64,000 bases of DNA from Tubulanus polymorphus (taxonomy: Eukaryota; Animalia; Nemertea): assembly GCF_964204645.1 (NCBI RefSeq), contig NC_134029.1, forward strand, positions 14,224,850 to 14,288,849, given 5' to 3'. The position numbers and the translations under genes were made by a program. The notes beneath the pieces are model-generated. The model did no database searches and was not told where the DNA came from. It saw only the letters and a list, made by a program, of their open reading frames with translations. Positions within the stretch are counted from its first letter, which is position 1; each line of letters begins with the position of its first letter. Below are positions 53,489 to 64,000 of the stretch, piece by piece.

Positions 53489-56400
53489 ATAATTGTCGCG
53501 GGCGACAAAACCAAAATATGGAATTGTCGCGGGCGACAAAACCAAAAAAAGAATTGTCGGGGCGACAAAACAAAAATAATGAATTGTCGTGGACGATAAA
53601 ACCAAAATAATGAATTGTCTCAGGCGACAAAACAAAAATAATGAATAATCGCGGGCGATAAAACAAAAATATTGAATTGTCGCAGGCGATAAAACCAAAA
53701 AAGAAAATTGTCGCGGGCGACAAATACACAATATAAAACCAAAATAATGAATTGTCGCGGGCGACAAAACCAAAATAATGAATTGTCGGTGGCGATAAAA
53801 CCAAAGTAATGAATTGTCGCGGGCGATAAAACCAAAATATTGAATTTTCGCGGGGGACAAAACCAAAATATTGAATTGTCGCGGGCGACAAAACCAAACT
53901 AATGAATTGTCGCGGGCGACAAAACCAAAATATTGAATTGTCGCGGGCGACAAAACCAAAATATTGAATTTTCGCGGGCGACAAAACCAAAATATTGAAT
54001 TGTCGCGGGCGACAAAACCAAACTAATGAATTGTCGCGGGCGATAAAACCAAACTAATGAATTGTCGCGAGCGATAAAACAAAAATATTGAATCGTCGCG
54101 GGCAATAAAACCAAAATAATGAATCGTCTCAGGCGACAAAAACGAAATATTGAATCGTCGCGGGCGACAAAACCAAAACAATGAATTGTCGCGGGCGATA
54201 AAACCAAAATAATGAATGGTCTCGGGCGACAAAACCAAAATAATGAATTGTCGCGGGCGATAAAAACAAAATATTGAATTGTCGCGGGCGATAAAACCAA
54301 AATAATGAATTGTCGCGGGCGACAAAACCAAAATATTGAATTGTCGCGGGTGACAAAACCAAAAAAAAAATTGGTACGGGCGATAAAAACAAAATATAAA
54401 ACCAAAATAATGAATTGTCGTGGGCGATAAAACCAAAATATTGAATTGTCGCGGGCGATAAAACCAAAATAATGAATTGTCGCGGGCGATAAAACCATAA
54501 TAATGAATTATCGCGGGCGATAAAACCAAAATAATGAATTATCGCGGGCGATAAAACCAAAATATTGAATTGTCGCGGGCGATTAAAGCAAAATAATGAA
54601 TTGTCTCGGGCGACAAAACCAAAATAGTGAATTGTCGCGGGCGATAAAACCAATATAATGAATTATCGCGGGCGATAAAACCAAAATATTGAATTGTCGC
54701 GGGTGATAAAACAAAAATAATGAATTATCGCGGGCGACAAATCCAAAATATTGAATTGTCGCGGGCGACTAAACCAAAATATTGAATTGTTGCGGGCGAC
54801 AAAACCAAAAAAAGAATTGTCGGGGCGACAAAACAAAAATAATGAATTGTCGCGGACGATAAGTCAAAATTAATGAATTGTCGCGGGCGATAAAACCAAA
54901 ATAATGAATTGTCGCGGGCGACAAAACCAAAATGGTTAATTGTCGCGGGCGACAAAACCAAAATGGTCGCGGGCGACAACCATAATATTGAATTGTCGCG
55001 GGCGACAAAACCAAAATAATGAATTGTCGCGGGCGATAAAACCAAACTAATGAATTGTCGCGGGCGATAAAACAAAAATATTGAATTGTCGCGGGCGATA
55101 AAACCAAAATAATGAATCGTCTCGGGCGACAAAAACAAAATATTGAATCGTCGCAGGCGACAAAACCAAAATAATGAATTGTCGCGGGCGATAAAACCAA
55201 AATAATGAATGGTCTCGGGCGACAAAACCAAAATAATGAATTGTCGCGGGTGATAAAAACAAAATATTGAATTGTTGCGGGCGATAAAACCAAAATAATG
55301 AATTGTCACGGGCGACAAAACCAAAATATTGAATTGTCGCGGGCGACAAAACCAAAAAAAAAATTGTCACGGGCGATAAAAACAAAATATATAACCAAAA
55401 TAATGAATTGTCGCGGGCGATAAAACCAAAATAATGAATTGTCGCGGGCGATAAAACCAAAATAATGAATTATCGCGGGCGATAAAACCAAAATATTGAA
55501 TTGTCGCGGGCGATTAAACCAAAATAATGAATTGTCTCGGGCGACAAAACCAAAATAATGAATTGTCGCGGGCGATAAAACCAAAATAATAAATTATTGC
55601 GGGTGATAAAACCAAAATATTGAATTGTCGCGGGCGATAAAACAAAAATAATGAATTATCGCGGGCAACAAAACCAAAATATTGAATTGTCGCGGGCGAC
55701 TTAACCAAAATATTGAATTGTTGCGGGCGACAAAACCAAAAAAAGAATTGTCGGGGCGACAAAACAAAAATAATGAATTGTCGCGGGCGATAAAACCGTA
55801 ATAATGAATTGTCGCGGGCGATAAGACCAAAATAATGAATTGTCTCAGGCGACAAAACAAAAATAATGAATAATCGCGGGCGATAAAACAAAAATATTGA
55901 ATTGTCGCAGGCGATAAAACCAAAAAAGAAAATTGTCGCGGGCGACAAAAACAAAATATAAAACCAAAATAATGAATTTTCGCGGGCGACAAAACCAAAA
56001 TAATGAATTGTCGGTGGCGATAAAACCAAAATAATGAATTGTCGGTGGCGATAAAACCAAAGTAATGAATTGTCGCGGGCGATCAAACCAAAATATTGAA
56101 TTTTCGCGGGGGACAAAACCAAAATATTGAATTGTCGCGGGCGACAAAACCAAACTAATGAATTGTCGCGGGCGACAAAACCAAACTAATGAATTGTCGC
56201 GGGCGATAAAACCAAAATAATGAATCGTCTCGGGCGACAAAAACAAGATATTGAATCGTCGCGGGCGACAAAATCAAACTAATGAATTGTCGCGGGCGAT
56301 AAAACAAAAATATTGAATTGTCGCGGGCGATAAAACCAAAATAATGAATCGTCTCGGGCGACAAAAACAAAATATTGAATCGTCGCAGGCGACAAAACCA

Positions 56401-57682
56401 AAATAATGAATTGTCGCGGGCGATAAAACCAAAATAATGAATGGTCTCGGGCGACAAAACCAAAATAATGAATTGTCGCGGGTGATAAAAACAAAATATT
56501 GAATTGTTGCGGGCGATAAAACCAAAATAATGAATTGTCACGGGCGACAAAACCAAAATATTGAATTGTCGCGGGCGACAAAACCAAAAAAAAAATTGTC
56601 ACGGGCGATAAAAACAAAATATATAACCAAAATAATGAATTGTCGCGGGCGATAAAACCAAAATAATGAATTGTCGCGGGCGATAAAACCAAAATAATGA
56701 ATTATCGCGGGCGATAAAACCAAAATATTGAATTGTCGCGGGCGATTAAACCAAAATAATGAATTGTCTCGGGCGACAAAACCAAAATAATGAATTGTCG
56801 CGGGCGATAAAACCAAAATAATAAATTATTGCGGGTGATAAAACCAAAATATTGAATTGTCGCGGGCGATAAAACAAAAATAATGAATTATCGCGGGCAA
56901 CAAAACCAAAATATTGAATTGTCGCGGGCGACTAAACCAAAATATTGAATTGTTGCGGGCGACAAAACCAAAAAAAGAATTGTCGGGGCGACAAAACAAA
57001 AATAATGAATTGTCGCGGGCGATAAAACCGTAATAATGAATTGTCGCGGGCGATAAGACCAAAATAATGAATTGTCTCAGGCGACAAAACAAAAATAATG
57101 AATAATCGCGGGCGATAAAACAAAAATATTGAATTGTCGCAGGCGATAAAACCAAAAAAGAAAATTGTCGCGGGCGACAAAAACAAAATATAAAACCAAA
57201 ATAATGAATTTTCGCGGGCGACAAAACCAAAATAATGAATTGTCGGTGGCGATAAAACCAAAATAATGAATTGTCGGTGGCGATAAAACCAAAGTAATGA
57301 ATTGTCGCGGGCGATAAAACCAAAATATTGAATTTTCGCGGGGGACAAAACCAAAATATTGAATTGTCGCGGGCGACAAAACCAAACTAATGAATTGTCG
57401 CGGGCGACAAAACCAAACTAATGAATTGTCGCGGGCGATAAAACCAAAATAATGAATCGTCTCGGGCGACAAAAACAAGATATTGAATCGTCGCGGGCGA
57501 CAAAATCAAAATAATGAATTGTCGCGGGCGACAAAACCAAAATAATGAATTGACACGGGCGATAAAACCAAAATAATGAATGGTCTCGGGCGACAAAACC
57601 AAAATATTGAATTGTCGCGGGCGATAAAACCAAAATAATGAATTGTCGCGGGCGACAAAACCAAAATATTGAATTGTCGCGG
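53489..57682. repeat. 31-bp satellite array D with 1232-bp higher-order duplication
   Basis: About 135 monomers; identical or near-identical ORF translations offset by 1232 bp (55047/56279, 55306/56538, 55845/57077). Confidence 0.95.
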
Positions 57683-58489
57683 AATGATGCAATCGTGAGT
57701 TGAAATAATACCTGAACAAATCGATGCACAGACATTTACTTTATATATCTACTTGAACAATCGAGCCTACTCAGTAATATACTCAGTTTTTACGAAACCT
57801 GGAGTTTTTGTTTCAGAGAAATTTGAGTATCAGTATCCGATGCTATATACTAACGTTAACGTTAGTTATCATCCCTCCGTCATGCTAAGTTATACATTTC
57901 ATGTCAACCAGTATCTACAGGCAGCTGTACAGAGTGTACACACTATATCTGAATACGAGGCTGGAATAACAGGCTCACTTCACGTAGGTTCATGATGAGG
58001 AGAAACTCGCAGCTGATCCCCGGAACGACGATGTAGTAACACACGTCGATTCGTCGATGTTTACGGCTCGACAGTGCTTTTAAAATCTAAAGTAGTAAAT
58101 TTCCAGTGTATCTGTAATATGATTTGATGAGGAAAATGGGCTATTGTTAAAATCACTGTTTGAAGACCGCGACTGAATGTGAAGTCAGCGGCAATCAATT
58201 AGTTCATTTATACTTGAATTGATAATCGAAGTGACAGTCCGCCTGCGGGTTGATTTCGGGATGACGACTCGAAAAACATGTCGCCCCATTGAATGGGGCT
58301 AAATTTTCGATGTTTACGGCCCGACAGCGCTTTTTTAACGATGATTCGTGAAAAAACACGCGGGCTATTTGTAGATATCAGTGAGCTGAACGACATTATA
58401 TGGATTGTATATGAAACAGCGGTAAGGTAACAAAGCCTATGTTCTTTTGGTAAAAATAGTGTGGAAGAAAATAATAATAATAATAATCA

Positions 58490-58755
58490 CGCGGATATCA
58501 ATAGGGTTTTCTGTGAAATAACAGAAAACCCTAATAATAAGAAACACGTGAATCTCAATAGGGTTTTCTGTGATGTAACAGAAAACCCTAATAAGAAACA
58601 CGCGAATCTCAATAGGGTTTTCTGTGATGTAACAGAAAACCCTAATAATAAGAAACACGCGAATCTCAATAGGGTTTTCTGTGATGTAACAGAAAACCCT
58701 AATAATCACGCGAATTTCAATAGGGTTTTCTGTGAAGAAACAGAAAACCCTAATT
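58490..58755. repeat. Five tandem copies of the HINE family 2 terminal hairpin
   Basis: TAGGGTTTTCTGT-N6-ACAGAAAACCCTA at a 51-57-bp period. Confidence 0.9.
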
Positions 58756-59359
58756 AGCCGTAAATTAGTCGTGTATTTATCCTTTACTCCGTGCGTATAG
58801 TTCACACAACCCCGGTGGTGCTATTTATGATGTTAGCTATGGCAATCAACACAAGCACGTGTGCGCACTAGTACACGTAGCCTATGTTTAATCGATAAAA
58901 TAAACATCATATGTTCACCGTATTCAAAGACCTACAGCGCTACCCACTTACCATACCATTATCATGTCATATACAACGTATACAACTGTATACAATTTAG
59001 ACTTTATTCATTCAAATCGCTCCCAAAATGATAAAATACCACATGAAATGTCTTTTAGTGAAATGACTGGAAGCCACGAGCATTTGTAAGAGATGATGTC
59101 AGAAACACACACCTGCTAACATAAACAATTACAGTGAGCACGTGCTGAAATTGCTGATTTAAAAGTCGTATTTCTCAGTAATGGCTGAACTAAAATTCAA
59201 ACCAGTGGCATATCTTATATTTGTGAATACATCAAATTTGAAAATGACTTTTGCACAACATTCTATTTTGACAGCATTCAATCTATATTTGCATAAAACC
59301 TATATTTGTGTTCTTTGAATCATTTCACAACGTCTTTATTTCACTGATCAGAAATTTGT

Positions 59360-60080
59360 CCAAAGGGTGACATTTCCCAGTTTTTCTCTGCCTAATGGCA
59401 ACTTCATCAAGGTAAACATCTCATTCTCTTCCAGAGAAAGATCTAGCCTTCCAAGGCAGATTTCCATCTTGCCACATTGGGGGAATTAATAGCATCCTTG
59501 TATGCTTGAGGAAAATTGGTATCTACCCTGTATAGGTAGTCTATATGTAACAATCCCCTCTTCTCATTTCTTATACCTCCTTTAGGGATGATCTATGCTT
59601 TGACGATAGTCTTATGAGAGGCAATTTATCCGTAACAAAAAAACTTACTCGGACAATGGATTCACTTCTAAGAGACTACACCTGGCGGTGGTTTATTTTA
59701 TTACACATTGCACTGTTACCGACGGAAAACTATATACATAATAACGGGTACGAGACCCATCACATATATACAAAATTATCTAGATGCTTTGGTAGTTTCC
59801 TTTCCCTTGTGGGGTATTTATTACTGACATTGGCCTGACCCAGTGTTACAGAAGAGTAAGCTGCCGTTAACACACAATAGGGCCAGATTTCATGTGGTAC
59901 AACAGAATGAATAAGTAAACACCTTCCCACTTCGAATAAAGTATGCCATGAACTCTATGTGGCTCCATTTTTGTGGGGTAAGGGAGCTGAGGTATCGTGG
60001 TGAATTTTGTTTCATCGATGCTTTGAAATCACTTGATGAAAATTCACCGCCTATGTCCGTCCTTAAACTTTTCACCTTGC
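59360..60080 (-). mobile_element. Decayed Ty1/Copia remnant
   Basis: KSLRTDIGGEFSS integrase, YPTRERKLPKHLDNFV linker, PQAYKDAINSPNVARWKSAL and SLEENEMFTLMKLPLGRE RT start, in Copia domain order. Confidence 0.75.
59546..59764. mobile_element. Gypsy solo LTR, same family as 23627-23854
   Basis: TG...CA ends, TATA 4-bp TSD, clear similarity to the 23627 LTR. Confidence 0.88.
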
Positions 60081-60176
60081 CAAATGGAGCTGCGTCAGGA
60101 ATTTCTCAGTGACTGTAAGAGTATCACGCTTGTTTTTCGCTCATGGGATACGAATAACGCGTCGCATTATTGGCTC

Positions 60177-61380
60177 GCGTCAATGGTCTGGCCAATCGAT
60201 AATCATTTGTTTGCTTAATACACTACGCTCAAAGCTATTTTTAGCACACTCAAACGCGATTTCAATAGCCTGTACTACTTATTTCACTACTTATGTGGGA
60301 ATTTAAACAGATTATGCAAAAATATTTCGTAATTGGTTTTTCTTTATGGTGCGCAAAGTTGAAAGCCGTGGGTTTCATATGTTTTGAGAAATTTACCAAA
60401 AAGGTTAAAAAATTCGATTTATTTGAGCACGTTTTTTTATGCAGCATCTTTAACTGTCCAAAATTGCACATATGAAAATTCAATGCTATTTGTGTCGGAA
60501 GAAGTTTATATCGACATGATCCGACACATTGTTCAGTAGTTAAGGGCTTTCAAAGACAAAACCTCTCAAAAATCTTGGTTATATAAAATTTGTGTTGACC
60601 CGGTTTTGACTTCCATTATGACGTCTTAACATTGAATGAGGTGGTTAGCTGGTGCACATTATTTCACAAACAAAATGGCGGCACGATTGAATAGGTTGAT
60701 ATTCATCATTTCTAGCGCGAATACTGATACTCAAGGCGTACAATACAACGATTAATTGTGTGCGATGTGTTCAATAATTCATCTAGTTTTGATATCCTGT
60801 GCGTAAAGTAACGTTGCATCAAGATATCTGACGAACATGTGGTTTCAAAATGCGGAAATTTACTTCCGTGTTCGCCACGCGGCTGATTTACTGAAAGCAT
60901 CAAATTTTTAGAGATGAGTCTGATATATACATGACTGGAAATGCTTGTTTTATCATCATTAACTGAAGTCATTTTATTGACGTTCGCATTAGCAATCCGT
61001 TTTGGAGCCTAATTATTAGTATTAGTTTGTTTACTGCGGCACAGTGATGAGCGTATGCGTTGAAAATAGTCATGTACAGTCACGTAGGCAATATAGCCTT
61101 ATACTCTCGCATTAACTGCGTCTATGGGTGTAGGTCGCGCGTAACAACGATTTTCTGAGTGAAGATGTAAGCTGTTAAAGCAATGCTATCGTGAAATTAT
61201 TAAAAACTATGTCAGTCGATAAACTTTGTTTCGTCAGTAACCGGCACTGGCCTCAAATTTGAAGAACTTTGCAGCTTCTGTCCTGATTGGTCCGTATAAG
61301 ATAATGAAAAACCTCTGATGAAACCCAGGCTCTAACTAAGTTCATACCGTATCTTAACGGGTCAATAGTTTTAGTTGTTT
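60177..61380. repeat. Second copy of the unclassified repeat at 5985-7205
   Basis: Collinear similarity. Confidence 0.85.
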
Positions 61381-61629
61381 TCCGTCATTCAAGGGATGTA
61401 TTTTTCAAGATTATTATTATTATTATTATTAACTTTATTTCTCTAATAATTGTTACAAATTTACAAAGTGTTTATAACAGAAAAGAGACGTATAATCAAA
61501 TAAAAAAGTTACAATAATGCAGATGGGAAATACATAAAAATGCAGCGCTTGTGAAATATATCACTCAGAAAAAAATGGTTGGGCAAAGTATGAAGAAAAA
61601 GAAACACATATACGCCTTGATATTGGGTC

Positions 61630-61791
61630 ACAGATGTATCTACCCTAGACACATCTTCAGCCCCAAAACTGGCCCTGTCAGAATCAAGATGGCCAGCTGG
61701 CAGTCATTGTTGTTCGCCAAAATCAGCAATTTTTACACGTTTTTGAACTTGATGAGGGAAATTTTGAAGCCGCCTTGATCAAATTACCTTG

Positions 61792-61881
<90 letters not shown>

Positions 61882-62710
61882 ATATATATCCCCCTAAGGC
61901 CCATCAGCATAACAAAAATTGGGTCGGACCCAAAAGTGCCCAAAAATGTCAATTTTGGCCCGAATTCTGAGTCCTGTAGCTTCCTATTGGTTTGCCATTT
62001 CTCATTGCAATTGCTGATGGGTATTCTTTGGAAAGTGATGATTTATACCTGAGACAGGTATTTTTGATCAGCCAATTATGACGCAATTGGCGGCCATCTT
62101 GGTGTCATCAGTACTCATTCATAGGTGGGAAAAAGTTTTTCGACATCATATTGATGCCTAAGCATATTTTGTTACCACAATGAATTACAAAGTTGTAGCT
62201 TATAACGTGTTTTATGATTGTGGTGAGTTTCAAGGTCATTGGTTTTTGTATATGGCCACCAGGGGGCGTTGAATAATACAATATCTTAGTATTTCTATAT
62301 TATATTCGTACCAATACATATTTTGTTACCACGATCAATTGCAAAGTTGGAGCCATGACATTGTCTATGATTGTTGTGAGTTTTAAGGAAATTAGTTCCA
62401 TATGGTCACCAGGGGGCTTTGAATAGTGGATCAACCTAGAATTTCCTTATTATATTGGTATACCTAGGCATATTTTGTTACCAAGATCAATTGCAAAGTT
62501 GTAGTTCATGACATGTTCTATGATTGTGGTGAGTTTCAAGGTCATTGGATTTTGAATATGGTCACCAGGGGGCATTGAATAGTAGAATAATAGTATTTCC
62601 ATATTAAATTGGTAACGAGGCATCTTTTGTTATCACAATCAATTACAAAATCGTAGCTGCTGACATGTTCTATGATTGTGGTGAGTTTCAAGGTCATTGG
62701 TTTTTGTACG
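61630..62710 (+). mobile_element. HINE family 1, internal portion
   Basis: Same body and central repeats; (AT)n expansion at 61795-61889. Confidence 0.8.
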
Positions 62711-63478
62711 AATTATCCTATGAAAATTAAAGGGAATAATGAAGGAAAAAATCGAGGTAGACTATGTTTTCATTAATATCATAGAAAACTGGACCTCGAG
62801 AGCACAGGACCTTTGGTCCTTTAGTTCAGAAAATATAAGAGAAGTGTATTCTGTATTGAGGGAAATATTGCGTGGTTTTTCCTTACCTTTGTAATATTTT
62901 GTAACATTTTGCCTCTCTTCCTTCCCTTGGGCTCTCTGATTACCAAGAATAGGCTTCTACCATCAAGAATTGAATTGTTTTAGCAAAATCCTCCATATTC
63001 TTATCATCACTCGGTGACATCTTTGTTTACTTCACACTCTGTTTCTCTCTGATAACTGACACTCTGATAACTGTGTCAAGAAATTTCTAGAATCTAAATT
63101 CAATAAAACACAACCTAAGACTTAAGAGGATGAAGTCAATTTGTTTATCCTCTATACCATACGTTGGTAAACCATCAGTAATTTTTGCACATCTATTAAA
63201 ACTCATTTTACTGTAACTCTGAAATGCTGTCTTATCACACCAAGGTTAAAAGCTTTTCCCTGAAATGTGCTGAAATGAAAACCTGTTATTTTAAGTATTA
63301 TTATTATTATTATTTATCAGTAGATGAATTCCTGTTATAATGCCACTCATGGCTGTCTGGCAGCCATCTTTTCGATTCTAGAAATGTAGATTTTTGCCTA
63401 TAAGCGCGCGTGTATTTTGTTTAGAGCATTGAATCTGGGTTGTAATGCCATTCAAGATGGCTCTTTTTTGCCCACCTG

Positions 63479-63610
63479 GGGCCAGTTCCATAGTCAAGTC
63501 CAAAAGTCGTCTTTAAATCTGAAGACTGGTCTTAAGCTGTTAGATTAGCTATAGAACTAAGATAGTCTTAGACTGGTATTAAGTCTAAGCCCTGACTATG
63601 GAACCGGCCC
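63479..63610. mobile_element. Harbinger-type MITE
   Basis: TIR GGGCC(A/G)GTTCCATAGTCA; TSD CTG. Confidence 0.85.
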
Positions 63611-63627
63611 CTGGAACAAGTCACGAG

Positions 63628-63805
63628 AGGGCTATTGCGTTCACTTTTTGTAAGTCATCTGTCCGTTCTTTCGTCCGTCCGTAGACGGAATCGATTCATT
63701 TTGGGAAGTTTTAAGGACATTTCATTTTAATGTCTTGATATTTGGTTTATACATGAATCTACCCTTGACACATCTTCAGCCCAAAAACTGGACCTGTCGG
63801 ATCAA
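63628..63805 (+). mobile_element. HINE family 1, 5' fragment
   Basis: GGGCTATTGCGTTCACTTTT, GTCC repeats, GACGGAATC. Confidence 0.7.
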
Positions 63806-64000
63806 GTACAGATCCAGGGCCATTCAATGACTACATCACAGTGAAAAAAGGGTGACCAACTTTGAAAAGGGCCAATATCCATATGCCTAGTGAGCGACTT
63901 GGTCTCAAAGGAGATAAAGGAAGTCTGATGGAGGTCTTCGAATTCTATGTTTATTTTAATGCATTGACCAGGCACTTGGTCAAGATAGAAGAGGCATGTC

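Larger units (their letters stand above)
43245..58755. mobile_element. Giant head-to-tail multimer of HINE family 2
   Basis: Hairpin end TATAGCTGC(A/G)AAGCAGCGAT..CGGGTTTTCTG at 43245, 46252 and 51401; shared ~230-bp segment before 46252, 51401 and 58490; closing GGGTTTTCTGT...ACAGAAAACCC at 58500-58755. Confidence 0.72.

Noticed and set aside
46620-57682. Palindromic ~31-bp repeats as a CRISPR array
   Set aside because: No unique spacers, no cas genes, eukaryotic context.
48001-57735. Dozens of minus-strand ORFs (VLSPATIHYFGF...)
   Set aside because: The canonical monomer lacks stop codons in all three minus frames, so these are artefacts of the satellite.
58437-58805. Repetitive ORFs or mini-CRISPR at the hairpin tandem
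   Set aside because: The spacers are near-identical; this is a reiterated element terminus.
62888-63020. Minus-strand exon-like segment with GTAAGG donor
   Set aside because: In-frame stop and no recognisable domain.

Overview
AT-rich animal (invertebrate-like) nuclear DNA, not prokaryotic. One host gene is visible on the + strand: seven phase-consistent GT-AG exons from 4498 to 42362 encode about 440 aa of coiled-coil protein, with tiny introns (57-217 bp) plus two huge ones (about 22 kb and 14 kb) packed with decayed transposons. Those introns hold Gypsy x3, BEL/Pao, a LINE, Penelope with a hammerhead ribozyme motif, an ISL2EU/Harbinger element with THAP, DDE and YqaJ remnants, piggyBac derivatives and several MITEs; LINE and Copia remnants lie outside the gene. 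Two families of Helentron-type non-autonomous elements (HINE/DINE-1-like) dominate. Family 1 has ~155-bp central repeats that each carry a near-consensus CTCF motif. Family 2 forms a ~15.5-kb head-to-tail multimer (43245-58755) containing a captured LINE RT fragment, nested family-1 copies and arrays of a 31-bp palindromic satellite. Other notable items are a frameshifted NRF-1/Ewg-like DNA-binding-domain remnant antisense in intron 4 and a long inverted repeat just after the host stop codon. All calls are by eye; no database searches were run.
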